Assembly: GCA_051313645.2 (NCBI GenBank)
Contig: JBNRSN020000014.1
Coordinates: 145,390,001 to 145,454,000 of the forward strand
DNA length: 64,000 nt
Source of the DNA: Centroscyllium fabricii
Taxonomy: Eukaryota
Direction: 5' to 3'
In this document: one piece after another, positions 1 through 11,600 of the stretch
Position numbering within the stretch: the stretch's first letter is position 1
How the letters are laid out: each line of letters opens with the position of its first letter
Program-made: the position numbers and the translations under genes
The notes under the pieces: generated by a model
The model's database searches: none
What the model was told of the DNA's origin: nothing
Seen by the model: the letters and a program-made list of their open reading frames with translations, nothing else

Positions 1-928
1 GGAGTTTGGAAGAATGAGAGGTGATCTCATTGAAAGTTATAAAATTCTAACAGGGCTAGACAGACTAGATGCATGAAGGATGCTCCCGATAGCCGGGGAG
101 TCCAGAACCAGGGTCACAGTCTAAAGACAAGGGGTAAGCCATTTAGGACAGAGATGAGGAGGAATTTCTTCACCCAGCGAGTGGTGAACCTGTGGAATTC
201 TCTACCACAGAAGGCAGTTGAGGCCAATTCATTAGAGAAATTCAAGAAGGAGTTGGATATACCGGTTGAGCACCGGTAATCCGGCACCTTCAGTTGTCCG
301 TCACGAATTGAAACCGGCGGTCTTTAGTTTGCGGAGCAGCCGCTCGGCGGCGCCACCGTTTCCCACGATATAAGCAAACATTGTATTGTGTTTATACTGT
401 CTGCTTTATCTACTTCTTTCCAGTTATTTCTAGTACAGTAAACTGTGACGCAGTTTCAGTGAAGGGTGGGCGAGCACTGAAGGCGTCGGGCATTTGGGTT
501 GTACCTAATACGTATTGTTATTTTACCTAACCTTCTGTGGTTCGGAATTTTCAATGGTCCGGCACCGGCCTGGTCCCAACGGTGCCGGAGTACCGGTGCT
601 CAGCCTGTATTTCTTAAGGCTAAAGGGATCGAGGGATATGGGGCGAAGGCAGGGACAGGTTACGGAGTATGGGTGATCAGCCATGATCTCATTGAATGGC
701 GGAGCAGGCTCGATAGGGATCGAGGGATATGGGGAGCGGGCAGGGACAGGGTAATCAGCCATGATCTCATTGAATGGCAGAGCAGGCTCGATTGGGATCG
801 AGGGATATGGGGAGCGGGCAGGGACAGGGTACGGAGTTTGGGTGATCAGCCATGATCTCATTGAATGGCGGAGCAGGCTCGAGGGGCCGAATGGCCGACT
901 CCTGCTCCTATCTTCTATGTTTCTATGT
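1..928 (+). mobile_element. CR1 LINE 3' end, split by a MITE, with a triplicated 3' tail segment
   Basis: ORF2 C-terminal motif [30 protein letters not shown]; tail ending TTCTATGTTTCTATG. Confidence 0.9.
262..607. mobile_element. Tigger/pogo-like (Tc1-mariner) MITE, copy 1
   Basis: TIRs CCGGTTGAGCACCGGTAATCCGGCA and TGCCGGAGTACCGGTGCTCAGCCTG with TA duplication (260-261, 608-609). Removing it restores GATATATTTCTTAAGG seen in other CR1 copies here. Confidence 0.9.
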
Positions 929-929
929 A

Positions 930-1935
930 GGAGCAGGTTTACAGAAGGTGGGGGATCAAAAGGCAGCCAGAAAAGCATTGGAATGGTCGAGTTTGGAACA
1001 GACAACTGCATGGGTGAGTGTTTCAACTGCAGACAGGCTGTGGTGGGCAATGTTAGAGGTAGAAGTCGGTAATCTTTGGGATGGAGTGAACATGGGGTCA
1101 GAAACTCAGCTCAGGCACAAATTGATGCTGAAGTTCCCAACAGTCTGCTTCAGCAAGTGAACGGGGAAGCGGGGGGAGCCATGAATGGAGTTGCTGTCAA
1201 AGGGACGAAGTTTGTGGCAGGGGCAAAGACAATGTTTTAGTCTTCTCAAAGCTTAGGTGTAACAAATTGTGGCTCATCCAAGACTGAAGGCTGGACAAGT
1301 AGCCCGACAGCACACAAGCAGTGGAGAGGTTAAGAGAGATTGTGGAGAGTTGGAACTGGGCATCATCAGTGCACATGTGGAGGACTTGGAAGAGAAAAGG
1401 GAGGATTAGCTTGCAAGGACAGACAAGGACGACAAGTTGTTAAAGCTATATATAAAAAAAGCATATAGGATCCTAGGTTTTATAAATATGGGTATAGAAG
1501 GATGTCAAGGCCATGGTGAAGGTGCAGAAAAGATTCATTGATACCGGCGGTAAGAGGATTAGGTTATGAACAAAGACTAGAGAAATTGGGGTTTGACATT
1601 AGAAGGTTAAACGCAGTACTCAAAATGATAACCGGTTTGAATAAAATGTCATAAAACCAATTTCCACAGGACAGCGAGTAAGGACACAAATTTATCAAAA
1701 GAATGAAGGGAGAGGTAGGTGTTGGTTTACAAAGTAAGTGGTTAAGACATGGACTGCATGGCAGAAGCAATGATGGAAGCAAAATCAGTAATAGCTTTTA
1801 ATAGCAGATAGATTTGAAAAAAATAATTTAAAGAAACATTTATGAAGAAATAGCAGGGGAATGAGACAGTGCATAGTTCCAAGAGCTGGCACAGCTGCAA
1901 TGGGCGAAATAGTCCCCTACTGTGCTTTAAAAATC
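930..1935. mobile_element. Old degenerate LINE fragments (L2-like on -, CR1-like on +)
   Basis: Decayed similarity to the L2 copy at 20545-21290 and to CR1 ORF2 3' segments; no intact ORF. Confidence 0.5.
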
Positions 1936-2663
1936 TAGGATTCAAGTAATTGGAAATCATTCTATACACAAAAGCATGCACTTCAACACACGATGAATAA
2001 GCCACATGTTTACAAGTGATTTTACAACCTGCAAAACTGTGAAACTAATTGGTACACCAAGGTGATGTTTACATTTTTTATTTTTTTATTTTTATTTTTT
2101 ATAATTGTACCTCCAAACAGTACACAGAATTATATTTATAAAATTGTTATACCTAACTCCCCAAAAGTCACAATACTGAGCCATTTTCTTAAAATATGCA
2201 CTTAAATTGTCACTGTTCAAAATGTTGCACAATTTCAAAGCGTTACACAATTCCCCCCTCTCCTACCCATTCTTGATATGCACAACAGTCCATCTCACCT
2301 GATCTAAATGGGTTTATGTTTGGCAATTTTGGAGCAGTCATGGGAAACCAACATTTGTGTGCTCGCTACCCATGTTTACATCAATACAACCACATGCCTG
2401 TAGCAATAAGCCCACAATTTAATGGTCCACAACGTCAGCAGGACTTGTTTGTACTGTGAAGTGCAACTGATAGGCAGACCAGGTCTCCCGCCATATAAGT
2501 AATCATATTGATATCTACATGGATTGTTGAGAAAGTAATTAAATCAGGACCTCATAACTTTGTTCTGATAGTTCACAGCCATAGCACTAAAAGAAACCTA
2601 TCCAGTGGATATTCAAACTGTAGCTTTTTCTTGGTTATTTTTTATGCAGGCAACATTTTAACA

Positions 2664-2731
2664 ATTGTAAGAAGTCACACAACACCAGGTTATAGTCCAA
2701 CAGTTTTATTTGAAATCACAAGCTTTCGGAG
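2664..2731 (-). mobile_element. Penelope-like terminal fragment, family A (68 bp)
   Basis: Matches the arm shared by the 21436, 26205 and 29897 copies; flanked by the 10-bp direct repeat CATTTTAACA (2654-2663, 2732-2741). Confidence 0.75.
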
Positions 2732-3929
2732 CATTTTAACAGCAAGTGGAGCAGGGAGCTGCAGGTAAGCTGCACTTCGCTGTGGACTGAGCAGAAAGAT
2801 CTCCGTGCACGAGTGCTGAAACTTATGCACAGGATGATTCTTGCATGTTTCCAATCCTCACCAGTTTGAGAAGAGTTAACATTGTGCCGCCAAAGTGTAT
2901 TTTCAAAATCAGCCTTCACACTACTATTTTCACCATCACTTCAGCAAAACAGAATGGTCGATGTGTGATGCGTTCATACTGTGTCCATCTGAGCTGTGGA
3001 AAAACACCCAACAGCACAATTGTAGACACGTCCTTCCAAACTTGGTTTGTGTCTGCACTGAACATTGCAAGCTGTCTAAAACTAGGATAAAGCACCAGCG
3101 GCTACAAGTCTGTTACAAGTGATGGCAGCAACTGAAGCAACTTGATGGAAAGCATTAAGAATTTCACACAAAATTAAAGAACACTGGTTGAAGTGCGATT
3201 TCCTCACAGTGCATTCAAACCATTACTGTAAATAAGCCCAGTGACAACAGTTTATTGCTGCCCATTTGGCATCAGCATTGTAAGACTACTCAATCAGAGG
3301 ACCAAAATTGACAAACAGCCTTCCTGCATTGCATTGCTTCAATCAATGTATTTAAAATGAATAGCTGCAGGATGACAGACCATGAATGAAAGCAAAAGTT
3401 TTTTTTGGGGGGGGGGCGGGGGGGGGTTGGGGGAAAGAGGAGAAGGTGGTGGAAGAATTTACACCCACATGTTTTAAATTAAACTATAGTTACTTAACAG
3501 TTTTATTAGGATTATCTGGAATACAAAAAAAGCTGCCAAGTGACGGGACACGACCCGAGAGGATTAAAGGGCAAGTGTGCTGAGCGGAGCTGGGTCAGTC
3601 CTGGGGGCTCAGGACCAGCAGCTAATGGGGGACAAGCTGTCCCCCTCCGCCGCGCCGTCACTACAACCCCAACCGCATCCAGATTAATATACAAACATTA
3701 TTTTTCAAAAGACGATTCAACTTTTTCCATCAGGATTTAAATCAAAATAAATATTGAGGAATGAACACTAAATTCAAAAATAGTTGACTGTACACGAATT
3801 GTCACTCTCCCCGTCAGATCTTACCGCTCTTTATGTGTGCTTGGCAAGGCGAAAAAAACGACAAAACAACCATTGTTTTGTTAAAAAAAAGGCTAAAGGG
3901 AAAAATAACTTTTTTTTTACAAGGAGATA

Positions 3930-4720
3930 CCCACCGCCGCTCCAACCGGCGCCATCTTAAATGTGAGAGAGACGAAAAAGCTCGAGCGCCCACCTCACTC
4001 TCGCGGCTTTTTGGCGGCGCGCAGAGTTGGCGCTGTCAGTGAGGGCGGGGTGGGGAGAGGGGCGAGGCGGGGCGAAAGTGCGCTGATTGACAGGAGGCGC
4101 GCGGTGTGTGTTGGCGCGGTGGTTGTGAGAGGGGCGGGACAAAAGTGCACTGATTGACAGGCGGCGCGCCGAGTCGACGCTGTGGCCAAGAGAGAGGGGA
4201 GGCGGGACAAGAGCGCAAGCGTGGTGATTGACAGGCGGTGCGCGTCACATCTGCTCGGTGGTGATTGTGACGCGCGCGCCCCTGCGCCGGGCGGTGGGAG
4301 ACCCCTGGCGCTCTTGCGTTGGAGCCGCCATTGTTGTGGCGGAGAGCTGGTGTCGGATTGAAAGCGCGGCTCTCGCCTCACACACCCAGCCTTCAGGCGC
4401 CGCCGCCGCCGGTCTAACAGTTTAAGTACTTGAATAGATATTTTTTTTTATTTTTTTTAAATTAACGTGGGCCGTGAGCGAGGTGCAGTGGGGGGGGGAG
4501 GGTGGGAGTGCCGAAGATGCGCCTGAGAGACGCTGCCGGGCCTACCGCTTGGAGCTGAGCCTGAGAAGCCTCCCGCCAGGAAGCCGGCCTCGACCTACCG
4601 CGTGTGTCAGTCAGTCATCCATCCGGAGCGCCGACTCTGCGTCCCCCGCATCGGCCCCATTCATCCCCACCTACCCCCGTCCCTCACTGCCCATTCCCCC
4701 TCCCCTCATTCTATCCACGC
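3930..4720. promoter_or_regulatory. CpG-island promoter of RBBP6 (GC boxes, 3x TGATTGACAG, YY1-like GCCAT motifs)
   Basis: Dense CpG/GC-rich tract in an otherwise AT-rich region, upstream of the RBBP6 ATG. Several GGGCGG/GGGGCG boxes at 4040-4210; TGATTGACAG at 4084, 4151 and 4225; CGCCATCTT at 3950-3958; GCCGCCATTG near 4324. Boundaries approximate; CpG richness continues into intron 1 to about 6250. Confidence 0.85.
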
Positions 4721-5492
4721 TGGATCCCGAGGAACACAAACAAAAGGCGCAGCTCTGCTTCGGGCCTGGTCTGAGATTTGTCTGGCTGCTGCTGCTGTTA
4801 TGTATTTTTTTTCTTCTTTTACTTTGCCAGTAATATTTTGGGGGTAAATTAACAAACGACACCCCCACCACCCTAACCCCACACACCCTTCTCCCAGTTT
4901 TGACCAGGAGAGCCGACACTCCGAACCGCTGCCGAGGACCGTGTCTGTGGGCCGAGGAAGGAAGCCAGACACACACACACCATCGCTGCTGCAACTGGAT
5001 TTTTCGAAGGAAAACCAAGACACAAACGTGGACCTGATTCTCTTTAGATTTAAAAAAAAAAACTGCGCCGAGACATACTGCATTGCGGCTTTGTAATAAA
5101 AAGGAAGAGGGAAAATAAACTGAATATTTTTGAACTCTTTACCTTGGGGAAATAAATCCTTTGGACTTCGTACAATTTCTTGGACATTTAAACTATACCA
5201 TTGACTTTTGAACTATCCGTTTATTAGTGAGTAAAACAGCTAGTATTTAATCTTGTGCAATGTGCAGTTAAAAGGAAGCCAGTTATTTCCTGACTTTACG
5301 ATCCAGTATAGTGTTTTTTTTTTATAAAATTGCTTTAATACAACAGAAAATCTAAATACTTGAATTTTCAGATATGGAAATTAAATTGTGAAAAAGAGAA
5401 TTTTTTTTTTGTTTTTGTGTTTTGCAGTGTTAAAAGGGTAAAAAAAAACTTTTTTTGTGGGTAAGGCTTGTCCCATTCAAAAAAAAAACAAA

Positions 5493-5658
5493 ATGTCGTG
5501 TGTACATTACAAATTTTCCTCTAAACTGAACTATGACACGGTCACTTTCGATGGGCTTCATATTTCTTTGAGTGATCTAAAGAAGACCATCATGGCCAGA
5601 GAGAAGCTGAAGGCGGCAGACTGCGATTTACAGATCACCAACGCACAGACTAAGGAAG
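5493..5658 (+). CDS. RBBP6: RBBP6 coding exon 1 (DWNN N-half), 166 nt
   Basis: [55 protein letters not shown]; donor AAG|GTAAAT. Confidence 0.98.
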
Positions 5659-8600
5659 GTAAATGGACCGCAGTGACTTCTTTCCGTTGAAATAATGTGT
5701 ATGTATCTATCTGTCCTTTGTTTAATGTTGCCTCCAACTGGTATATCCTCTGTTAGACAAGATGGCGCATGTTTGCTGAATCTGTCCCATTCGTCGGGAC
5801 AGCTTGTTCGCAGGTTGGGGCAGTCAATGGTGAAAGGTGCCACGCCATGGCTTGTCGTTTTAGCATGATCCTTCTAATCTAGGCTGCAGTTTTATCGCAG
5901 ATTTTTCCATGTCTTTTTTTTCATCGGCGCCATCCGTTCTTTACCTGTGCTTTTTTTTCTTCGAACGAAAATGCGTTCCAGGCCCATCGTCATTCACAAA
6001 CTGCTTCCGTCCTCCAGGGGGTTTATTTAGAAAGCAATCGTACGTTTATCAATGACCCGTTCAAGAGCTCGATCTCCAACTCATGCTCCACGTAGGTCAC
6101 CTCGCCTCTCGTTCTCCAACCCCCCGCCCCCACAGCACCTTTTTAGAAAGTGCCCTTCAGTCGATGGCGGTCTCAGCAACGTGGTATGCATAAACCGAAA
6201 GCAACAATTCGCAATGATCTTGGGCGATTTGGAGGCATCATAGAAGATAGGATCATAGAAGATAGGAACAGGAGTAGGCCATTCGGCCCTTCGAGCATGT
6301 TCGAGGTTGTCAAACGACTTGAATCCACAATACATTCTTTTTAAAAACTGATTGCTGCAAAGTAACTTACCTTTTAAGGTGAATTTTCACGTGAAGTATA
6401 GATTATTGTATAGCATTACATCCTTCTGTGCTCGTTTTAAAATCACAATGACGGCTGGTTTTAGAGTTTTTAAGCATTGATGTGTGGGGCTGACCTGCCA
6501 CACATTTTTCCTCATGGGGATTAGTCAGGGTTAGTTTGTTATTGGGCTGACTGTCTCCGAAAGGAATGCAAATCCTATAATGTTGGAAGAAAAATTTGGG
6601 GGCATGCCCCATTGAGGTGGTCAATATGCTGCCATTTTACTACAAGTTGTAGATTTTTGAACATGCAATCTGATTGGAGAGTATAACAGAAATAGTTTGG
6701 TGTTTGTTCAGTACAATTTCAGCAGCCTGTGTTGTTAGTCAGAAATGACATCCACTGTGACTCTCCCTTCTCAACCTGCCTGCAGCATTTGACACAGTTA
6801 ACCACACCATCTTCCTCCAACTCCTCTCCTCCATTGTCCAGCCGAGTGAGTCCCCTCGCCTGATTCCACTCTGTGATCCAGTCCTAGCCGGAGAATCTCT
6901 TCTATCCTTCGCCCCTTCCTATTTCTCATTTACATGCTGCCCCTCGGTGACCTCATCCGAAAACACATCAGGTTCCACGTCCCTGCTGACAACACCCAGC
7001 TCTGCCACGTCTTTCGACCCCTCCGCTGCCTCTGTTCTCAAGCTGCTGGTCTGGCCTCCAGTCTTGGGTGACCTGAAATTTCCTCCGATTAAAAAATTGG
7101 GACGGCCAAAGCCGTTGTCTTCAGTCCCTGACACAGACGATGTTCCCATGCCACTGGTTCCATCCGCCTTCCTGGCCAGTGTATCAGGCTGAACCAGGCT
7201 GTTCACAACCTCGGCATCCTACTTGAACTCAACTAATTCCACTGCTCTGTTGGTCGGCCTCCCATCTCCCACCCTTCATAAACTTAAGCTCATCCTAAAC
7301 TAAGCTGCCCATATCCTGAATTTTGTGTCAATTTCCATTCACTCATCACTGCTCGCTGATCTACATTGGTTCCCAGTCCAGCAACACCTCAATTTTAAAA
7401 TTCCTCATGTTCAAATCCCTCCATGCCGCGCTCCTCCCTTTCTCTCTAACTTCCTCCAGAATTACAACCCTCAAAACGCTGGTCTCTTGTGCGTCTTCCA
7501 CTTGGACTGCCATTGGCGGCCATGCTTTCAGCTGTCTAGGCCCCAAGCTCTGGAATTCCCTTACTAAACCTGTCCACCTCTCTCCGTCAGTGGGGTGCTG
7601 TGCTGGCGAGGACGTTATGGCAGCGCGCTGCTTGAAATCTAATTTGAAATAATATTCCACCTAATTTTTTTGAACTTTAATTTAAAACATCGGCCCTTTG
7701 GAAAGTTAGCTGAGAGTTGGGCTGATGGTTTCGGTTTGAATTTAAATTTCACGTTTTTCTGTTCTTTTCTTTGATGTTTTCGGGAGATCTGGCCGAAGGG
7801 TAGGCCCCAGACCTCGGTTCTCCTGAGGTGTGGGAGTTCGATGGTTTAAATGGGCTGCTCCCTGTCGGGCCGTGGGTCGGCGTCGGGCCTCTGATTCTTT
7901 GCTCCCGAGGTGCGGGAGCTCGGAGATTCGTCGGGCCGTGGGTCGGTGTTGGGCCTTTGTTTCTTCGCTCCCGAGGTACAGGAGCTCAGAGATTAGTTGG
8001 GACCGTGGGGCGGCGTCGGGCCTCGGATTATTTGCTTCAGAGGTGCGGGAGCTCGGAGATTCGTTGGGCCTTCCTCGTGCCTTGGTTGGTTGTCTGGCCT
8101 CCGATTCTTCGCTCCCGAGATGCAGAAGTCTAGGGTTCCGGCGGTTCGTTGGGGCCTGTCCTCGGATGGATGGTCGGGCACCGGGGCCTCCTTCTTCACT
8201 CCCGTAAACATCGAAAACCTTGAACTCAGCAGCAAATGAATTGGATGAAGGTTTAATAACATCGAACTTAAGAGCCGGAGCACAAGCGGACCCTCAACGA
8301 TGGTGCCGGAGAATGGCTTGACGTCTTGCGGGTTCCGAGTGTACTATGTATCTTGTGTTCTTTGTTGTTGGTTGATATGTAGTGTGTGGAATAGCAATCG
8401 GCATTTCACTCTCTGAATTTCTGTTTGGTTGTGTGACAATAAAATTTGCTTTAAGACGTTCCTGAAAACCTACTTCTTTGACCAAGCTTTTGGTCACCTG
8501 TGCTGATGTCTTTGACTGTCAATTTTTGTCTGATTACACACCTGTGAAGAGCCGTGGGACATTTTACTAGGTTAATGGGGCTATATAAATGCAGTTATAT

Positions 8601-11600
8601 GGTGATATGTGGTGTGTCAGTCATTGCAAATGCTCCCTTATTAAATCTTTTTGGTGTATGTGTACTGTCATTTAAGATGTCTCCTTTTATTATTGAATTC
8701 TGGAATGAGCAAATTCAATGGATTCTGAGTGACCTGATCTTGATTTGACAGAATAAGCTCGATGCAGTACATTGGACCAGCGAGCTATATTGGTGGCTAA
8801 TTTCAGAGAGTTCTGGGTGGTCTTTCAGACTTTGCATGTTGATCTTATATAGAAACATAGAAGATAGGAGCAGGAGTAGGCCATTCGGCCCTTCGAGCCT
8901 GCTCCACCATTCAATGAGATCATGGCTGATCATCCAAACTCAGTACCCTGTCCCTGCCTTGTCCCCATATCCCTCGATCCCTATCGAGCCTGCACCGACA
9001 CATATCCCACCCAATCCCCGTAACTCCACATATTTAATCCCCCTAACACCAAGGGTCAATTTATCCTGGCCAATCAACCTAACCCGCACATCTTTGGACT
9101 GTGGGAGGAAACCGGAGCACCCGGAGGAAACCCACGCAGACACGGGGAGAATGTGCAAACTCCACACAGATAGTACCCGAGGCTGGATTTGAACTCGGGT
9201 CTCTAGTGCTGTGAAGCAACAATGCTAACCACGATGCCACCTTTTGGGATTTGAATTAAGATTGGCTTTTGTAAACGATTTTATGACAGGAAACACAAGT
9301 GAATATTTCAAGATATGCAATTATTTTTGTTTTGTGCAGTTTGAATGGGTGACACATTAGTCATTTATGGAAGCTATTTTACAATCTGGGTTGTCTGAAT
9401 TTCAATCTCCAGTCAGTGGCATGCATTCTAGTTTGATGTGATATGGATGTGACACAAAATTCTACTTGAGTTTACTTTTTATTCTGGCAACTATAAATGT
9501 GCATGGTATTTTTAATACTTTGTCAAGTCACATTTGGCTCCACAAAATTTCATCCACCTCTTGGAAGGCCTATTGGCAGGGAATGCAGGTATTAATAGAG
9601 CAGACAAACCACTTACTCTTCCGATAACTGCCTCTTTCTTTGTTTCCCACTCTTAATTTCTTGGCGCCCGATTTTGCGAAATGCCTCTTGCACATTTTTC
9701 GAGTTGCCTGATTCTTAATCTGTTCTGTCATTCTTTCCTTCCCTTTCTGTATGTCTATCATAATTAGTGATTAGGCCATATCGTCACAGCACTGAGCATC
9801 AGTGCTAGATGTATCCCACGGACATTCCTTCCCTGAGTGTTTTTAAAATTGGTTTCATTTCATTTAAACAGCCAATAAGACAGTAAGAAATTTTTAAAAA
9901 GCCAAATTTTTCCTTTTGATGATTTGGGACTGAAATAATAGTTTATATAGCATACCAGGCTATTGCACTTCACATCCAGAACCAACCTGGGGAGAGAGCG
10001 GGGAAGTGGTGTTGAGGCCAAGATTGGATCAGCCATGATCTCATTGAATGGCGGAGTGGGCTCGATGGGCCGATTGGCCTGCTCCTGTTTATGTTCTGTG
10101 TTCTTCGAGGAAAGGCCTGTCATTTAAAGCTGCATTGCTTCTGATCTGGAGACAAAGCTGACTAACACTACAATTTGCAAAGTTCTCTGACAAAAAAGCT
10201 ATTAAATTCTGATTTTATGTTTCAAAGGAGCACAGCACCAATTTAGCTAAATGATAAATGGTATAACTTCCATGTCCCTATTGAACAACATATGGGATCT
10301 TGGGCTTCATAAATAAAGGTATTGAGTACAAAAGCGGGGAAGTTACGCTGAACCTTTATGAAGCTCTGGTTAGGCCATAACTAGAATATTACGTCCAGTT
10401 CTGGTCATTACACTTCAGACAGGATGTGAAGGTCCTTCAGAGGGTGCAGAGGAGATTTACCAGAATGGTTTCCGGGATGAAGGATTTTAGCTAGAAGTTA
10501 GGTTGGAGAAGCTGGGGTGGTTCTCCTTGAAGCGAAGGAGGTTATCGGGTGATTTGATAGAGGTGTACAACATTAGGACGGGCTTGGATAAGGTAGTCAC
10601 AGAAAGGCTGTTCCCTCTGGTTGATGGTACAAGGACTAGGGGTCACCAATTTATGGTTTTGGACAATAGATACAGGGGGGATGTGAGGAAGAACTGTTTT
10701 ACACAGCGAGTGGTAATGACTTGGAACTTGCTGCCGACGAGGGTAGTGGAAGCGGAGGCGATCAATGATTTAAAAAGGAAATTGGCTAGGCACTTGAGGG
10801 AAATAAACCTGCAGGGCTACGGGGATAGAGCAGGGGAATGGGACTGACTGGATTGTTCTAGAGAGAGCCGGCAAGGACTCAATGGGCCGAATGGCCTACT
10901 GTGCCTCTGACTCTATATCCTCTGATTTACTGTATCATAGGAAATCAACTTGTAAGTCGTGACAATATGTCTATTGAACAATAAATGTTATTTGGCCTGT
11001 GGTCTTGTGCGAGTGTCCACGGTGGAATCACACCAGTGTAGTAGTTATGTCACTGGACTAGTATCCTTGAAGAATAATCCAGGGAACGAGTTCAAATCGC
11101 AACTTGGCAGCTTGAGAATTTGAATTGTTTCAAAAATTCTGGAAGCAGAAAAGCCGGTACCCTGTAGCAGTAAAAGTGACTGTACAATTTGCCAGATTGT
11201 TGTAAAAACCCAACTGGTTAACTGAAGTCAGTTAGAAAAGCTAACCTGCCACCCTTGCCCGACCTGGGCTGTGACTCCAGTCCCATACCAATGTGGTTGA
11301 CTCTTCACTGCCCTCTGAAATAGCCCAGCAAGCCATTCATTAAGTCATATAAAAAAAACGCAGCGGTTCAGCAAGAAGTCTCGACAGTGCCTTCTCAGAG
11401 TAGCCAGGGTGGGCAATAAATGTGGCCTTGCCAGTGGTGCCAGCATCCCCAGAATAAATAAATAAATAAGAACTTACAGAACTAGTTTGACACTTTCTTT
11501 CACACTGTCTTTCGTTGGGCGGTGAAGATTTTTGAAGCATAACATAAATATGTAACTTCAGAAGGCTGCTTTGGAAAAAGTACAATTAATAAAATTGAAA

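Noticed and set aside
3995-5083. Multiple 60-128 aa ORFs in the CpG island and 5' UTR
   Set aside because: Expected from stop-codon scarcity in GC-rich DNA; mostly non-ATG starts and no recognisable protein.
7864-8130. Repeat arrays resembling CRISPR (also 23081-23205, 43500-43670, 56430-56750)
   Set aside because: Contiguous degenerate tandem units without unique spacers, in vertebrate DNA with no cas genes; they are minisatellites inside transposons.
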